A stretch of 63,461 nucleotides of DNA, filler included, from Octopus bimaculoides (GCF_001194135.2; 7 parts of 7 records of this genome joined end to end with filler, not necessarily neighbours in it); one strand, 5' to 3'. Counted from the first letter of the whole stretch, positions 13,361-25,458 are shown. Numbers and translations: made by a program. Notes: generated by a model not told the origin, from the letters alone.

Positions 13361-13729
13361 CATCACCGTCTTCATTATGTTTATATATTTTTTAAAAGTT
13401 AATTACTATTCGATGACCTTATCATATATTTCCACCCTTTCCACTTCTTTCCTATTCGTCTCTCCTGATATGTAATATCTTAATGTGTATGCACTGTACA
13501 CCCCACTTCTTTACTCTTTAATGTAAATTTCAAAATTTCAAACCCACCTCAACTTAAGTCAATCTAGAAGGGATTGTATCCCCTATAAGCGCTGACCACA
13601 GGGGTACACATGTTTAAATAACTTCTCTATTCTCTGTTCGTCCACCCTTTTTTACTGACGCTTCACCTACTTTTTCTATCTCTTTGACTTTCTGTCCCCT
13701 CTTCCACCTTCTAAATGATGTGCCGAAAT

Positions 13730-14400
13730 TCTGCTACCTGAGAAGCATCCTATCAAACAATGCCCAACTGGACGAAGAGATTAGCCAACGATTGTCTAAG
13801 GCAAACTCAGCTTTCGGTAGATTCCAGCACAAACGGTAGAGAGACCATGACATCTGGCTGGTCACAAAGATCAACGTGTACCAGGCAGCAGTACCTCTTT
13901 CACATATGGTTGTAAAACATGGATACTCTACAGGCGCCATATCAGATGGCTAGACACCCCGCTGCTTTCGTTCAACTCGTAACATCAAATGATAGGACAA
14001 AGACCCCAACACAGGTCCTTAAAAGCTGTAACATTCTATAGGTAAAGAGAGTTTCCTTATCATGGAAGACACTCGCATATCTAAAGCGCTATATATGTTC
14101 CGCCATTGCTCCTTTATAATGACACTCTAAAGGCCTGTTTGAAATTCTGAAAGATAAACTTGGTCACAAGGATAGTACTCGGTGGAGATGCTGTTGCTGT
14201 CAACCTATCTCCGACTTTGAGGCAGCCAGGATCAACACTGTGAGGGAGAAAACAGTTCAGCAGAGAGCCGGGTCTAATTTTGCCCCCAGATGACAGACAC
14301 CGCTATTGCAGCATCGGCAACCGTTTCTGAAAATCCCGAATATGTCTGAATAAAACAACATGGCAGAGCATCGAACTCAGAGCATTTAACAAATGTGCTT
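13730..14400 (+). mobile_element. RTE-clade LINE remnant (post-RT region)
   Basis: YLRSILSNNAQLDEEISQRLSKANSAFGRF...TKINVYQAAV...WILYRRHIRWLD, with stops and frameshifts. Confidence 0.75.
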
Positions 14401-14594
14401 TACTGAACCATCATTCGCCGAAGAGAGAAGAGAGTGCAGTGTGTGTTTGTTTGTGTGTGTTTCTGTGTGTGTGTTTGTGTGTGTGTATAAAGAAATTGAT
14501 TTGATATATACGAATGAACCAAACATAACAAAATCATTTATTTTATGAAATAAAACAGAGATGTCAATATAGAGTGATAAATATTAAATGAGCA

Positions 14595-14701
14595 TTAAAA
14601 CAAAAAATTGCCAAGCAATATCAAAGAGAAAGACAGGGATGTAAAAGAGGTGAGAATTCTTCTCTGGAAAGTCCAAATATTCTGTGATCCACTTGTTAGT
14701 A
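14595..14701 (-). CDS. Cholinesterase-like gene, terminal coding exon (probable GPI-anchor signal)
   Basis: TATTTTTCAG acceptor (14703-14702). Phase 1 matches the previous exon and gives (V)LTSGSQNIWTFQRRILTSFTSLSFSLILLGNFLF*: small residues, a spacer, then a hydrophobic tail. Spliced CDS is 1782 nt (593 aa). Confidence 0.75.
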
Positions 14702-14889
14702 CTGAAAAATAAAATGGAATAAAATAATCTTTTGTTAATGAGTTGTAGCTCATTGCCATAATACGAGATAATTGTATGTTATGTTGTAAGTATATTCTAT
14801 AACACATACATTAATATATGTATGTGTGTGACAGAGATAGAGAGATAGATAGCTAGATAGATAGCTAGATAGCTAGCTAGCTAGCTAGC

Positions 14890-14925
<36 letters not shown>

Positions 14926-14938
14926 CAGGTAGAAAGAG

Positions 14939-15029
<91 letters not shown>

Positions 15030-15555
15030 GCACATTGTCAATATAAATATCAAGAAATAGCAACCAAATTCCTTTGCAACCAAACCACATCGTCGTAAAG
15101 CAGGCCGAATATATTAGATAACGTAGTCCTAGATAAAGTATATTTGAAGAGAAAAAGAGAGGAAACGGCCNNNNNNNNNNNNNNNNNNNNNNNNNNNNNN
15201 NNNNNNNNNNNNNNNNNNNNNNNNNNNNNNNNNNNNNNNNNNNNNNNNNNNNNNNNNNNNNNNNNNNNNNNNNNNNNNNNNNNNNNNNNNNNNNNNNNNN
15301 NNNNNNNNNNNNNNNNNNNNNNNNNNNNNNNNNNNNNNNNNNNNNNNNNNNNNNNNNNNNNNNNNNNNNNNNNNNNNNNNNNNNNNNNNNNNNNNNNNNN
15401 NNNNNNNNNNNNNNNNNNNNNNNNNNNNNNNNNNNNNNNNNNNNNNNNNNNNNNNNNNNNNNNNNNNNNNNNNNNNNNNNNNNNNNNNNNNNNNNNNNNN
15501 NNNNNNNNNNNNNNNNNNNNNNNNNNNNNNNNNNNNNNNNNNNNNCCGATCTATA

Positions 15556-15824
15556 CAGGGTGTCCTAGAAGTAACTGATGGGTTTCAATTTCTAATAACT
15601 TCCTTAATGTTACAAATAGATGCATAAAATTTTGATACAACATAAACGGCATAATGGACATTAATATGCAAAAGTCAAATTTTGCAACACCACTACGTCA
15701 CATATGAAAAATTACATCGCTTAAATGGAAGTCATTTTCGGCTTCTCACGCCCGTGCTCTTTCCAAAACTTGCACAATAACACCCTCAAAAGTTTCAGAG
15801 CCCAGTGACTTTTGGGATACCCTG
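15556..15824. mobile_element. Tc1/mariner-type MITE, 269 bp, in the last cholinesterase intron
   Basis: About 22-bp imperfect TIRs (CAGGGTGTCCTAGAAGTAACTG / CAGTGACTTTTGGGATACCCTG) flanked by TA. Confidence 0.8.
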
Positions 15825-16988
15825 TATATATATATTTCTGTAGTTATTAGCGGTGTATTTTGGCGATTTAAATAAGAGCTTTGACTATTATTTCCAGCAG
15901 ATAGACACACTTGTTATGTCCTTTGATTAATTTCAATCCTTCAGTTATTTAAATCTTTCATGCTTTCTTGGGACCTGCAATCGCCTATATTATTGATTCT
16001 GGTATTATCATTTTTAAATTGTTACACTAGATAATAATACAGTCAATGATATCTTCGCAAATATTTTCTCCTGAATTATTTTGCTCTGTATATATATATA
16101 TATATATNNNNNNNNNNNNNNNNNNNNNNNNNNNNNNNNNNNNNNNNNNNNNNNNNNNNNNNNNNNNNNNNNNNNNNNNNNNNNNNNNNNNNNNNNNNNN
16201 NNNNNNNNNNNNNNNNNNNNNNNNNNNNNNNNNNNNNNNNNNNNNNNNNNNNNNNNNNNNNNNNNNNNNNNNNNNNNNNNNNNNNNNNNNNNNNNNNNNN
16301 NNNNNNNNNNNNNNNNNNNNNNNNNNNNNNNNNNNNNNNNNNNNNNNNNNNNNNNNNNNNNNNNNNNNNNNNNNNNNNNNNNNNNNNNNNNNNNNNNNNN
16401 NNNNNNNNNNNNNNNNNNNNNNNNNNNNNNNNNNNNNNNNNNNNNNNNNNNNNNNNNNNNNNNNNNNNNNNNNNNNNNNNNNNNNNNNNNNNNNNNNNNN
16501 NNNNNNNNNNNNNNNNNNNNNNNNNNNNNNNNNNNNNNNNNNNNNNNNNNNNNNNNNNNNNNNNNNNNNNNNNNNNNNNNNNNNNNNNNNNNNNNNNNNN
16601 NNNNNNNNNNNNNNNNNNNNNNNNNNNNNNNNNNNNNNNNNNNNNNNNNNNNNNNNNNNNNNNNNNNNNNNNNNNNNNNNNNNNNNNNNNNNNNNNNNNN
16701 NNNNNNNNNNNNNNNNNNNNNNNNNNNNNNNNNNNNNNNNNNNNNNNNNNNNNNNNNNNNNNNNNNNNNNNNNNNNNNNNNNNNNNNNNNNNNNNNNNNN
16801 NNNNNNNNNNNNNNNNNNNNNNNNNNNNNNNNNNNNNNNNNNNNNNNNNNNNNNNNNNNNNNNNNNNNNNNNNNNNNNNNNNNNNNNNNNNNNNNNNNNN
16901 NNNNNNNNNNNNNNNNNNNNNNNNNNNNNNNNNNNNNNNNNNNNNNNNNNNNNNNNNNNNNNNNNNNNNNNNNNNNNNNNNNNNNNNN

Positions 16989-17330
16989 AGTATGGCCATT
17001 GCACGAAGCTTAACTTAACGGTGCTGTGATCGAATGTGACTTTTTAGCCCAGCCAAAGATCTACAATGTCTTGCACAGAGTTGGCATCCAAAACCTTTAC
17101 TGGCAATAACTAGCTGTTGTTGTAATTGGGCTCCATGTACCTTTGCGTGTCGTTTAAGTCCTCCTGCTGAATCACACTCCCTTCCACATGCCCGACAGAC
17201 ATGATTAGTATGGTGTGTAGCATCATCACCAGCGGCCTGGTAGTCAACCATCGGTCTTGCTTTATGACTACGAAGATGACTCATAAGCCCAGCTTTACTG
17301 AGGCACGGTCTTGCACAGACAGTGCATACA
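16989..17330 (-). mobile_element. LINE 3' end (RTE-like) carrying three C2H2-type zinc fingers
   Basis: CTVCARPCLSKAGLMSHLRSH, CRACGRECDSAGGLKRHAKVH and CQLCARHCRSLAGLKSHIRSQH followed by a stop; C..C.R.C.S..GL.SH is typical of RTE C-termini. Confidence 0.65.
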
Positions 17331-17444
17331 CTCATACATACACACACACATATATTATGTACATACACACACACACACACACACACAGACACACACACAC
17401 GCACTCACAGACACACACACACATGTATATATATATATATACTC

Positions 17445-17702
17445 TTTTACGCTTTTACTTGTTTCAGTCATTTGACTGCGGCCATGCTGGAGCACCGCCT
17501 TTAGTCGAGGAAATCAACCCCAGGACTTATTCTTTGTAAGCCTAGTACTTATTCTATCGGTCTCTTTTTGCCAAACCGCTAAGTTACGGGGACGTAAACA
17601 CACCAGTATCGGTTGTCAAGCGATGGTGGGGGGACAAATACAGACACACAAACACACATACATATATATATATATACATATATACGACGGGCTTCTTTCA
17701 GT
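17445..17702 (-). mobile_element. SINE family B, running into a gap
   Basis: Nearly identical to 44500-44760. Confidence 0.8.
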
Positions 17703-18371
17703 NNNNNNNNNNNNNNNNNNNNNNNNNNNNNNNNNNNNNNNNNNNNNNNNNNNNNNNNNNNNNNNNNNNNNNNNNNNNNNNNNNNNNNNNNNNNNNNNNN
17801 NNNNNNNNNNNNNNNNNNNNNNNNNNNNNNNNNNNNNNNNNNNNNNNNNNNNNNNNNNNNNNNNNNNNNNNNNNNNNNNNNNNNNNNNNNNNNNNNNNNN
17901 NNNNNNNNNNNNNNNNNNNNNNNNNNNNNNNNNNNNNNNNNNNNNNNNNNNNNNNNNNNNNNNNNNNNNNNNNNNNNNNNNNNNNNNNNNNNNNNNNNNN
18001 NNNNNNNNNNNNNNNNNNNNNNNNNNNNNNNNNNNNNNNNNNNNNNNNNNNNNNNNNNNNNNNNNNNNNNNNNNNNNNNNNNNNNNNNNNNNNNNNNNNN
18101 NNNNNNNNNNNNNNNNNNNNNNNNNNNNNNNNNNNNNNNNNNNNNNNNNNNNNNNNNNNNNNNNNNNNNNNNNNNNNNNNNNNNNNNNNNNNNNNNNNNN
18201 NNNNNNNNNNNNNNNNNNNNNNNNNNNNNNNNNNNNNNNNNNNNNNNNNNNNNNNNNNNNNNNNNNNNNNNNNNNNNNNNNNNNNNNNNNNNNNNNNNNN
18301 NNNNNNNNNNNNNNNNNNNNNNNNNNNNNNNNNNNNNNNNNNNNNNNNNNNNNNNNNNNNNNNNNNNNNNA

Positions 18372-18415
<44 letters not shown>

Positions 18416-18533
18416 AGCATGCAAATGTATGAGTGTGTAAGTCTATGCAAATGTATGAGTGTGTAAGTCTATTAGTGAATATATGACAACGGTCAGTAGA
18501 GAAAATGAGAGAACGAAATATATATAAAGTTAC

Positions 18534-18718
18534 CCGGACAAAAGGATGTGTTTAATTCTGGGAGAACGTCTCCCCAAAAACCGCATATGTTTTTCATGTA
18601 ATTCTTCTTCGTCTCAGGCTTTGCTTTGCCGTCAATCACAATGTATTTTGGGGTTTTGGGTGTGAACTTTGGCCATGGATCACTGGAACAATCAGAACAA
18701 TCTCCATTGCTAGGATTA
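18534..18718 (-). CDS. Cholinesterase-like gene, coding exon 2 of 3
   Basis: TTTTCCAG acceptor (18720-18719), 185 nt, phase 2 in and phase 1 out (G|GTAACT). It reads (G)NPSNGDCSDCSSDPWPKFTPKTPKYIVIDGKAKPETKKNYMKNICGFWGDVLPELNTSFCP, matching the NP..WP..Y..C.FW..LP.L pattern of cholinesterases. Not in the ORF track. Confidence 0.92.
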
Positions 18719-19564
18719 CTGGAAAATAATGAAGCAGAAACAAATTAAAATTTTAGGTAAGTGAGGCTTTGTGTCTATGGTAGGAAACATGATAGGAAAT
18801 ATTTTATGCAAGTGATTGGAGATGAATTGACAGATTCGTTAGAACGTCGGACAAGACGTCTTTACTGCTCCTTATATCTGTGTTCAAATTCTCACCGAAG
18901 TCAACTTTGACTTTCAGTCTTTTTGGATAAACAAAACATAGTAGTACTAATTACTGAAATCGATTTAGCCTACAATAACTTCCATTTACAATGAATGGAT
19001 TGTGTCTGTGTCAGAATAAGACGATAAGTATGTGTTCATGTGTGTGTGTGCGGGCGCGTGTGTGCGTGCGCGTGTGTGCGTGCGCGTGTGTGCGTGTGTG
19101 AGTTTATGTGTGCATGTGTGTGTGTATGTGCGTGAGTGTAGACTTTGTAGTGATGTATAGATTTTATTTACTAATATATAAAGTAGTTGAAAAAATGTCA
19201 AGAGCTAACCAAAAAAGTCTGTCATCAAAGAAAATTCACTACACCTAAATGCATACACACACATATAGATTCTATATGACAAAGAACATCCTAAATAGCC
19301 ACTCCTCATACATTCTTTTTGGTAAACCCAAGAAGAAAAATTGGACTTATTCAGTTTTATCTTTTTATTTATTTATTTATTTATTTATCTATTTATTTGT
19401 TTGTTTGCTTCAGTGATTAGATTGCAGTCGGGATGGAACAGCACCTTGAAGAATTTCAGTCGCACGGATCGACCCCCGTACTTATTATTTTTTCTTTAAA
19501 CCTGGTGCTTATTCTGTCGGTCTCTTTTTGCCGAAACACTAAGTTACGCAGACATAGTAATAAT

Positions 19565-19900
19565 TAAATTTCGAACAGAGTAGCAAGCCTCCGTTTGAAA
19601 TGGACTGAGGGGGAGTTTTCTCTGAAAGGTCGAGCAGAATTGATGAATGTCTTTGTCACCTCCGTCATTGTTTACCGCCTGCCCATAGTTTTATCACAAT
19701 CCTCGTCCGACCAAAGTGAAGCATCTACCTTTTTGCTGATCAATTCACCCATCTGCTGTCAACACCGTCTGCAAGGTGGGTTCAATATGCCGTTACCATT
19801 TGTGCACAGTTACGTGCTGATACTGTGTCACATATAGAAATTATTGGCAACTGAGTGGGTATGGTCTCCGTTTGTAAGACTCATCTTACTGCATTTCATC
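19565..19900 (+). mobile_element. Tx1/L1-clade LINE remnant in a cholinesterase intron (antisense to the gene)
   Basis: KWTEGEFSLKGRAELMNVFVTSVIVYRL...PICCQHRLQGGFNMP matches the post-RT LSLKGRA...GGL.MP region. Confidence 0.6.
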
Positions 19901-20052
19901 GTTTTGCCAAAGTCGATTTGCTCGAGTAAAGTTCTTCAAGGTGTTGGCCCAGCATGACCTCAGTCTAATGACAGAATCAAATAAAATAAGAAAGACACAT
20001 CAACACACACAAGCAAATAACATAGAAAATAAATAGATAGATAAAAACTCAC

Positions 20053-21542
20053 CCTGATTTAGAAAAGTTAGCAAAAAAACTTGTCAGTCTTTCTGCTACT
20101 AATTTATCTTCCTCTGTAAACTTATTTCCGAATAACGGGAGCCCAAACGCAAATATAACATCATACCCATGCATGACACCCAACCATTTTGGCCAGGGAT
20201 TTAATCGCGATTGAAACTCGAAAGAATACATGTAGACATTTGAATGGGTGCTGAATTGCTCAGCCAATTTGATAGCAGGGCATTTAAATGATGTATCTCC
20301 ACCTACTTGTTCTAATATGTATCTGTATTTTTCAGTCTCAGGAAAGGAGAAGACACGAGAACCATAAAGATATGTGATAACATCCATTTGCAGAGGATTT
20401 AGAGATATTGGCCGAGTAATCTTTTTTATTGATGCATGTGCAGTATCTGTTCCTATCGGCACAGTCCCATTAAAGGGGAATTCATTGGGGAATGCCATCA
20501 GAAGAAAGAGACTTCCTTCGTTTTCAACAAACCCTGTTAGCACATCTTTTTTCACAGTTTCATCGTTCAGTATTTCGCTTGGTTTTCCTGGTAAGAAATA
20601 ATGGTCGACAACAGGGGTGAAAGTAATTTTCATGAAGTCATCTAAATAGGCAAATTGTGCTAGAGCTAGAGTGTTAGCATCAGCTTCTAAAAAGCAATCT
20701 ATCATCGCTTTAGTGTTATTTATTGGACATTTAACAATAGAAGCCATTGCCTTTGCTCTATGAATGTTTCTCTCTATTGATTTAATTGCCCAGGGGGAGG
20801 AAGGTGACCCACTCATCATAATAGCATTCCTGAAAAGCTTCCGAGAAAGTGGGGAAACAACATGAAAACCAACAGATGCTGCACCAGCACTTTGTCCAAA
20901 CAGTGTTAGTTTATCAGGGTCTCCTCCGAATGATGCAATATTATCGCGAATCCACTTTATAGCGAGGTTTTGATCAAGGAGTCCCATATTGCCTGGAGCA
21001 CGCTCGTCATTTAAGGAAAGGAAACCAAAGGGCCCTACTCTGTAATTCATTGATGCAACGATAATATTTTGACTGGCAGCTATCCATTTTCCATTATATA
21101 ATTCCACCGTGGTCGACCCTGAAACAAATGAACCTCCATATATCCAAATCATCGTGGTTAAATTTGAACGAGACTTCCGTGATTCTGTTGGTGCCCAAAT
21201 ATTCAAATAAAGACAGTCTTCGCTTATATTAGTTTTTATTTTCCATATTTCTGAACCCTCAAGATGATCATATTTCTTATTTTCAGGTTGTACACAAGCC
21301 GCAACATGTTGCTTGGTGTCTTTTATGCCACTCCACCTTTCAATTGGTTCCGGTCTTCTAAATCTTAGATTACCAACAGGAGGTTTAGCAAATGGTATTC
21401 CAAGAAATACATCAAGATCAACATTCTGAACTGAAATGGTTGATCCCTTGATCTTCCCAGTGGTAGTATCAATTATCGGATCTTGCGCATAGATAGAAGT
21501 TTGTAACAAAGAAATTATGAAAATATACTTCAGTCCTTCCAT
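20053..21542 (-). CDS. Cholinesterase-family (acetylcholinesterase-like) gene, coding exon 1 of 3
   Basis: The ORF has a signal peptide (MEGLKYIFIISLLQTSIYAQ) and the motifs FLGIPFAKPP, SEDCLYLNIWAP, WIYGGSF, FGGDPDKLTLFGQSAG, NEG (triad Glu) and WLGVMHGY (triad His). The ORF-track stop is intron read-through: donor GG|GTGAGT after 20053 (phase 2), at the conserved FxKxG|NP cholinesterase intron position. An acceptor at 21574-21573 gives 30 nt of 5'UTR in this exon. Confidence 0.95.
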
Positions 21543-21688
21543 GATATGAATGGCTCAACTGCTGATGAAATTCTGAAAGAAAGTAAAAGAAAAAGAAGTT
21601 TTGATATACATCTCAGCTATTACATCACTAGTGCTTTGCAAAGANNNNNNNNNNNNNNNNNNNNNNNNNNNNNNNNNNNNNNNNNNNN

Positions 21689-21700
21689 TTAATTAATTAA
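21689..21700. other. Artificial six-frame-stop assembly linker (also 26476-26487, 37119-37130, 44047-44058, 54368-54379, 60172-60183)
   Basis: TTAATTAATTAA sits at the centre of N44-12-N44 (100-bp) gaps, six times. Confidence 0.95.
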
Positions 21701-21746
21701 NNNNNNNNNNNNNNNNNNNNNNNNNNNNNNNNNNNNNNNNNNNNTA

Positions 21747-21777
<31 letters not shown>

Positions 21778-22402
21778 GTATGTGTGTGTGTATGTGTGTA
21801 TATACTTATATATAAACATATATACATGCACATACGTGTGAGCATATAATTATTCCCCCAATGTATCCATTCATCCATCAATCTTTCCTTCCTATGTATC
21901 TTATCTATTCACCTGTCCATATATCTACGTATTTACCAACGTGGATAATGTAGCTAACTAGAAAACTCCCTCACATCTCACTTACCTATCAACCAAAATG
22001 CTAAACAACCTACCTACACACCTAGCTTTTTATCTTGGAAACAGAATGCGTAGATACCATCCGATCTGCTTTCTTATTACGCATACATACAAAGAGTTAC
22101 ATACAAGCACATTGAAGAAACACGGAAGGATAGCTTGCGCATCTTATTCTATAGTGTTCTCTCAAGGGGAAGGAGAGATTGACAAAAATATGGAATTAGT
22201 CTAAGGATGCTTACAGAGCAGAAAATATGTGCCTATTTCTTCTTCCTTAATTACTGCACAGTAGTGACTGCATTGAAGTGGCATAAATTTCAAGAATACT
22301 GAAAGCGGTTGCAGTGTGTAGTTATAGCGTCATACATTTTGCGTTCAATTCCCGTTTGGGGCGTATTCAATATTATTATTATCATCATCATCATCATCAT
22401 CA

Positions 22403-22443
<41 letters not shown>

Positions 22444-23817
22444 NNNNNNNNNNTATTATTATTATTATTAAGGCAGCGTACTGGCATAATCGTTAGCACG
22501 CCAAGCGAAATGCTTAGCGGTATTTCGCCTGTCTTTACATCTTGATTTTAGTCGAACAAATCGGTCCCAGCAATTCTTTTCTTTTAAATTCTAATAGATA
22601 CCATATCGACTACTTTTTGCGGTAACGCTAGATCACGTGACTCTAAATAAACCAACTACGGTTTTTATGGGTTGGCGGGGAAAATCGAAACAGAAAGACA
22701 TAGATATGTACATACATATCTATCTATCTATCTATCTATGTATATGTTAGGATTCCACAGTTTCCATAAACAAATTACACTGAGAGGCGTTGGATTGCTC
22801 GGGGCTATTGTAGAAGGCACTTGCCTAATGAGCCACGTAGAGGTATTGAACCCAAAATTATCTTGACACAAAACGTAAGGTTTTTACCACACAGCCATAT
22901 CTGTACCAATGTAAAATGATATCTCAATGTGTTATTGTGAATTTGAGAGATTGCTAGTATCTTTCAAATATTCTGCATACGTTGAAAATACCGGTGACCA
23001 AGCGATGATGGTGGGGAAAAACACAGACACAAAGACACACACAAACACACACACTCTCACAAACTCACACAGGCACACACATACACGCGCGCGCACACAC
23101 GCACACGCGCGTGCACACACGTACACGCGCGCGCTCACACACATACATATACGACGGACATCTATCAGTTTCCGTTTACCAAAGCCATTCACAAGACTTC
23201 AGCCAGACTAAGGTTATAGTATATCTATTGTTATATGAATATATATATATATATATATATATANNNNNNNNNNNNNNNNNNNNNNNNNNNNNNNNNNNNN
23301 NNNNNNNNNNNNNNNNNNNNNNNNNNNNNNNNNNNNNNNNNNNNNNNNNNNNNNNNNNNNNNNNNNNNNNNNNNNNNNNNNNNNNNNNNNNNNNNNNNNN
23401 NNNNNNNNNNNNNNNNNNNNNNNNNNNNNNNNNNNNNNNNNNNNNNNNNNNNNNNNNNNNNNNNNNNNNNNNNNNNNNNNNNNNNNNNNNNNNNNNNNNN
23501 NNNNNNNNNNNNNNNNNNNNNNNNNNNNNNNNNNNNNNNNNNNNNNNNNNNNNNNNNNNNNNNNNNNNNNNNNNNNNNNNNNNNNNNNNNNNNNNNNNNN
23601 NNNNNNNNNNNNNNNNNNNNNNNNNNNNNNNNNNNNNNNNNNNNNNNNNNNNNNNNNNNNNNNNNNNNNNNNNNNNNNNNNNNNNNNNNNNNNNNNNNNN
23701 NNNNNNNNNNNNNNNNNNNNNNNNNNNNNNNNNNNNNNNNNNNNNNNNNNNNNNNNNNNNNNNNNNNNNNNNNNNNNNNNNNNNNNNNNNNNNNNNNNNN
23801 NNNNNNNNNNNNNNNNN

Positions 23818-23857
<40 letters not shown>

Positions 23858-24780
23858 GTACATACATACATGCATGCATATGTGTACGCGTGTTTATATA
23901 CTAAGTTCATGGTATTACGAAGCAAATTCTAAGAAATAATATTCTGAAGAACATGTTATATACTAACATAGATATAGCATGTAACACGCCTGGTGTGTTG
24001 TGTTTTATTGTCTCTTCTCTGCGTCCTAACATGTACAGAGACTGGGAAGACTGACAAGGACATACAATGTTATTTCGTTAAATCTTATACTGAGCATCAG
24101 AAAAAGAAGCAATTTCATCATCGAATTATTTCGCTGAATTCGACAGGTACGTGCATATGAATTTGATAACGATGTCTGATGTGAATGAAGACTGCTTTGT
24201 GTCAGTAAGGCGTGCGTATATCAAAGTATATCTACGTATGTGTATGATAGTACTTATATAGATATATATACAGGCATACAGAGATACATCTACAAACACG
24301 CACGCACATACACAAACATACACACATACATATAAGAAAAAGAAGCGAGACAGGAAAAACAATGGCTATGTCATGAACTTCATTAGCTTAAATTTGTTTC
24401 TGCTATAAGGTGCAGTGGTCTCTAAGAAGAGTGCCTGAATATCATACTCTTCCTTCATCGGAGTCTCGAATATGAGGGGCAATTTATTTTGAAAAAGGAA
24501 AACAATTATATTTGTGTAATATACAGGAAAGGCATTACCACTGAGAAATTAATTGATGTTTGTAAAAAAGTATATGTCCAAGAAAGGCAATTAGATTTAC
24601 GAGTAGGAAAACATATAATGGCAGAAACATCTGTAAGCTAATGAAGTTCATAAAATAACCATCCTTTGTCCTGCGCCATCCCTTTTTTTTTACCGCTCTA
24701 TACTCATCTAACACATTGTTCTGAAACACACGTATGCTGAGTCAAAAAGCAGGTCATTGGTTTCACAATATTTAAGCGAG

Positions 24781-24865
<85 letters not shown>

Positions 24866-25413
24866 NNNNNNNNNNGTATATATGTATGTGTCTGTGTGTG
24901 TGTGTGTGTGTGTGTGCGTGTGTCCAAGGTTCCATGCAGTGGGACTGAACCTGGAATCATGTGGTTGGAAAGCAACCTTCTTACCAAACAGACACTGCCG
25001 CGCATAATATTTGGCATTTAGATATAGGAACGGAATTAGCGACCTTCATGGCTTAGGAACCAGGAAATGAAGGGTAACGACTCAGAAGAGCATGAGTACT
25101 CCTGACAGTGTATGTCTTTTGTAATCCAAAGATATTTGTCACACATTTCTCTATGATGTGATTTATCTCCAGTGATTGTTTCTGCAGCAAACGGTCAGAC
25201 CACGTTCGAATGTACAGACACACCTTCAATATGATTGCACACATCACAAAAATGCATACACACACACGCACACACACACACACACACACACGCATACACA
25301 CACAAACGCACACACACAAAACACACACACATATTTATGTATTAATCTGTATAGGCGTATGCACGTATACACAAAGATCTCTATGTATGTATGTATGTAT
25401 GTATGTATCTATC

Positions 25414-25458
<45 letters not shown>

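Noticed and set aside
18419-18470. 26-bp two-copy tandem repeat near the exon 2 donor (similar 25-bp duplication at 44907-44965)
   Set aside because: Ordinary slippage duplications with no evidence of function.
20049-20052. Stop codon ending the 497-aa ORF, suggesting a truncated or intronless cholinesterase
   Set aside because: The TGA lies inside the GTGAGT donor, and two downstream exons in matching phase complete the protein.
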